A DNA stretch of 56,988 nt, the filler included, from Sphacelaria rigidula (Eukaryota), in the NCBI GenBank assembly GCA_964200075.2. It is 4 parts of 4 records of this genome, joined end to end, with 100 filler letters (N's around TTAATTAATTAA, not from the genome) between each part and the next. Parts side by side here need not be neighbours in the genome. Positions count along the whole stretch, not along the records: positions 42,820 to 56,988 come from CAXNAA020002415.1; 3 more parts are not named here. The stretch is one strand, 5' to 3'. Made by a program: the position numbers and the translations under genes. The notes under the pieces are model-generated. The model was not told the origin of the DNA. It saw nothing but the letters and a program-made list of their open reading frames with translations, and made no database searches. Positions 53,001 through 56,988 of the stretch are shown here, piece after piece. Position 1 is the stretch's first letter. Every line of letters starts with the position of its first letter.

Positions 53001-54196
53001 CTCATACTGTATACGTTTGCTCCTTTTGGATAATCAGATGGCTTCGAGGGAGATCTCATCACGTTTTTCGTCTTCCTAGAAATCTCCTGGGACCATCCAT
53101 GGTTGACCTGGGAATCTCTCCTGTTGATCTGAGACCTTGTACCACCTCCCCGTCGAAAACCACACTCGCACCTGGAAACCCCTGTACAGTAGTGTACTTA
53201 GCAATATACTGGACTGATATCAGGTGTTTTGGGGTTTCCACACCGAAATGGCGATGTCCAGAATGGGCAAAGAACAAAGAACCTGAAGAACATTTCGAGA
53301 GTGTCGATCAGTCCCCGAGAAAGTCCTCCGCCACCAGTTTGGATAAGATGTAGCAGCTATACCAGCCGTGAAGGGAAATTGAGACGATAGCAGATTTTGG
53401 TCGTCCACCGGCCCCAGCATATCTGCGGAAGATGACAAGGGGTTCTCTCAGTCTGGTGAGGGGGCCTGCCATTGCGGCAGGAGACCTCTCAGTCCATCCT
53501 GCCCCCAGTAGTACTTGTAACAGGACGCAGACGCGTAGACTAATTCGCTGCGTATCGAGAGATACATGGCTTGAATAGTATCATCTGTGCAGCTGGGTGT
53601 CGAGAGGTAAATTTCATGAATAAATAAAAAGTTATTATCTCGTGAAAAAGAAAAAAAGCAATCCTAACGTCGAAGGAGAACATTTTCGTATCATCCATAT
53701 GCGATTCTCCACACCAAATTCCAAGGCTTAACTCTCAAAACCGAACAGCGAATTGGCTGGACAAGGGCCCGTTTTAACGAGACAAAGAAAAGTGAGAACA
53801 CGACTGCCTTGAGAGTGAGAGTGATTCTGGCGGTTATGGTGAAGAAAAAATGTTTTGTCCTTCCGATTGGTTGAGAGCTGATGGGCGACCGATTGGGAAG
53901 ACAAGAAAGAAAACAGCCAGAATCACCCACACTCTCACGAAACGTCCTCACTTTTTTTCTTGTTACATTGAAACGCGGCCTAATAACGCTCAAATTCATT
54001 TCTAGGCTGACCTAGCTCGTTAAAATGAAGATTACCCAGAGGATGAAACTAGGGTGTCCAGGCGGTCAGCCGGTGTGATGGGTTCGACAACTCGAAAAGT
54101 CTGCGTTGCACGAACGCAAGCTTGTGCGACACCCTTTTCTCCATGCTCCAAGCGTTCTGTAACGTTTCCTTCGCCCCTTCTCGTTTTAGGCTATAG

Positions 54197-54567
54197 TGCG
54201 TGCGTGTGTTGTCACCCCATCTATTCTAAACTCCAGTCTACACCTTTCGGTACACGTGGGCGATTCAGCCGGGGTCACACGGGAGGACAGTCAACACGGG
54301 AATTTTCCCTCTCTTTTCTTATTTTCGTACTCTAGCTTCCTTCTGCGCGATACTTGCCTTCTTTTTATCGCGAGAGGGGTCCAGCGGTCCCTTCCTCTCG
54401 TCGGCTGTGAAGTCGATTTTTTGTGTACCCATAACTTGGATGGTCGCTCTCCACTTCTGGGCATGGTGTGAGAAGAAATACCAGATCGTGTGATTGCATG
54501 CGCCGAGATTCGAACCCAAAACCCACTCGTCCGAAGGATTCGAAGATACCAACTGAGCCACCGGGGC
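54197..54567 (-). mobile_element. tRNA-derived SINE, copy 2
   Basis: The minus strand reads gccccggtggctcagttggta...gggttcgaatctcgg, followed by cacaccatgc..gtggagagcgaccat..cccctctcgcg..gtgtgaccccggc..taccgaaaggtg..agaatagatggg as in copy 1. Confidence 0.78.
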
Positions 54568-54971
54568 ACCCGCTATAATAGTGCGTGGACAATAAACGAG
54601 CTAATCAAGGGTAGAGATATCTGTGGGGAGCCCGATGGCATCGACACGTGCGTAAATTATACAGTAGCCCGTGCCATGACATAGATAAAACGAATGTCAC
54701 CGCCCGGCTTCGAATGTCGACTGATCTGCTGTCAGGAATCTATTGTAGAGACCGCGCCGTACACAACTCAGTATCATGAACAATCTACAGGATGGTAGTC
54801 CTATCTTGGAAAGCTGTTCAAAAGAAATACGCGCCCTCATCCAAGTAACGATCCCGGCGTCAGCCCATACGTCTTGCCCACAACCACGAGAATTCATCAT
54901 TGAAAATATCCAACAGACGAGGGAACCATCAACAACCAAACGTCGCTTCACGAAGTGAACGTTCGAATCCT

Positions 54972-55647
54972 CTAGGCTGTTGTCAACCACAACAACGCCG
55001 GAGACTGTCGCCAATCTATGCCATTACCGCCCGCACGTGACACAGGCGCTCCCCACCACGCCGGTTTGTTGGAGGAGGGATCGTCGTGCACACGCAGAGC
55101 GCTGGAAGGTGTTTCGAAAGTCGGGGACATTGGGTCAGCATCCCCGTATATCACCGACGGATCCATCTGCTCGAGGTCGTACGGGAAGGATGGCGTATCA
55201 ACGGAGGGCGGAGGAAGGGGGTGCTGGAAAAAACAACTTGAGAAGCAACATCGCAACGTCACATGTCTACATGGGGTGCGTGCTGAAACATTCGTGGTTG
55301 GAATAGACCAACACAGATGGGAACTAAACTGCTCTTCGACAAGGAAACAGCCTCTTCTATCCTACGCATTTTGCGCTCGTGAAGTCACAGTCCTCTGTTC
55401 CACTATAAAAGCGCCCCCGATTGAACTCACGTTGTGCACGCGCGAGCATACCACCCTGTTCGGTAAAGTTCAGAGCAGCGCTACAAGAGCCATACAACGC
55501 GACAAAGAAGCGCACAGTCATATCTTTGACCACGACCTCGCCTGCCCAAACTGCGCAATATTGCACCTGATCTATTTTGACCCGGAAGTCGTGTTTCTCA
55601 AGTGACATCGCACGCCTTTTTGCATGGACTTGTTGATCTTGGGCATC
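54972..55647 (-). CDS. Putative exons of an unidentified gene (possible C-x-C...HNHP zinc-binding motif)
   Basis: A good acceptor (ttgttttttccag) precedes HPLPPPSVDTPSFPYDLEQMDP.... A 25-nt exon near 55431-55455 and a 33-nt exon near 55615-55647 can be joined to give CPRSTSPCKKAVVCSRVHNHPLPPPS. The splicing is tentative. Confidence 0.3.
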
Positions 55648-56988
55648 TGTGTAGAAATGAATGGAAGGGCCTCTAACTTTTTTTTCGCCAAGTCAGGTGT
55701 ATGGACGTGTTCACAAGTCACTTCCGTGGGCCACTTTTGTATTCCTGTAATACACGCAAAACGTTCCCTCTGTCCATTTTTTTTCGCGGTCTTGATCATT
55801 TTCAGCGCAGTGCTGGCACGCTTCGAGCTTTTTTCGATGTTGCACAGCTCGTCACGTGGTCTCGACTGTTTTCTACTGCAACGCTGCTGAACCGTACATA
55901 CGGAACTCTTCTCCATCAGCTGCTAAATATATGAGTCAGCACAAAAATAAACAATACACCATCGCTCTCCACTGCAGACAGTGTACGGTACGAGTTCTGT
56001 GTATGCCTAGCGTTACCATTACAGCAGTGTGCAGGTGTCTTAGCAGCAGAACAGGGGGCAGGCAGGTCGCCAAGGCTGCGCAAAGGTCAACCAGTATCTC
56101 AGATTTTCGTCTGTTTTAATAGTTGATACGGTCGTTGCAGAAATTGTCGAATGCAGCTTGATCGCCAGGTAGGGCCATATTGGGCGATTTGTAGAGGAGC
56201 ACATAGACCATTCGACCAATCAAATCCGCCGTAGTGATGACTCCGCTTCTTTCACAGCTATTGCTCGACCTCGAATTATCCTGGAAATACGCACGGTCGA
56301 TTCGAAACACTCGATTCAATCCTAGAATTCGCACCCAACACCTCAAACACGACCGCTTCATGGAAGCCCCTGGACTGTCAGCCGGCAATACTGTTCCAGG
56401 ACGAAGCTCAAGGTCGAAGGGACAAGTTTACTCGCCACAAAAGTGGTGCTTCTCTTCAGACTCCGGATATTTCGAATTGCAAACTCAGCATGCGACCTGT
56501 GTTGCCGTCACCTTGCCGAAAGAAGGTCCAAAGGAGTCCAGGGGGCTCTCGCCGAAAAACAACGCACGTCTGCGATTGCGCAGGACGGGAACCTGGTAAC
56601 GCGATGCAGTACACGATGCACGAAAAAAGCAAACGGCGTCGAGACTAGCTGACGCGACGGTTAAAAACATGGGTCGTCGTAGCGAGGCTTGAGACGTAGA
56701 TCGTCGCGGTTATTTCAACATGATTTGTTCTGCGCACATTTTCACCGCCCACGTTGCGGTAAACTGATAGGATGGGAGCAATGGTCAACAGCAGGCCGGC
56801 GTTCCACTCGTCACCAGAGAACATTACGAAAAAACATCATCTCCACCTTATGAGACGACGGTGAAGCCATTGTAGCAGGCTCATCCGTTTTTACAAGCCA
56901 CGAGAATATAACCCCCCACACCACCCCCCCCCCCCCCCCCCCCCCCACCCCCCCCCCCCCCCCACCCACACAACCATAAAAATATAAA

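Overview
Eukaryotic, intron-rich, repeat-rich DNA, most likely from a brown alga or related stramenopile (inferred from long GT-AG introns, a bipartite plastid-targeting presequence and WSC-domain repeats). The window is four contigs of steadily decreasing size (1-14175, 14276-28449, 28550-42719, 42820-56988) joined by artificial 100-nt N44-TTAATTAATTAA-N44 linkers, so neighbourhood across linkers is not biological. Contig 1 holds the 3' exons of a BRE1-like RING E3 ligase and the 5' exons of a probably plastid-targeted Mpv17/PMP22 protein, both on the minus strand. Contig 2 holds a 10-exon plus-strand gene that I spliced by hand. It encodes a CAP/SCP/PR-1 domain followed by TPAPV(D) linkers and tandem WSC domains built from duplicated exon-intron modules; this is the most interesting locus. 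Contig 3 holds a decayed Ty3/Gypsy retrotransposon, a small protein with two WW-like domains and a ~265-bp tandem repeat. Contig 4 holds two copies of a tRNA-derived SINE, a dispersed repeat, a degenerate inverted repeat and unassigned exon-like pieces. A family of TA-flanked MITEs occurs four times. All calls come from reading the sequence by eye; no searches were run.
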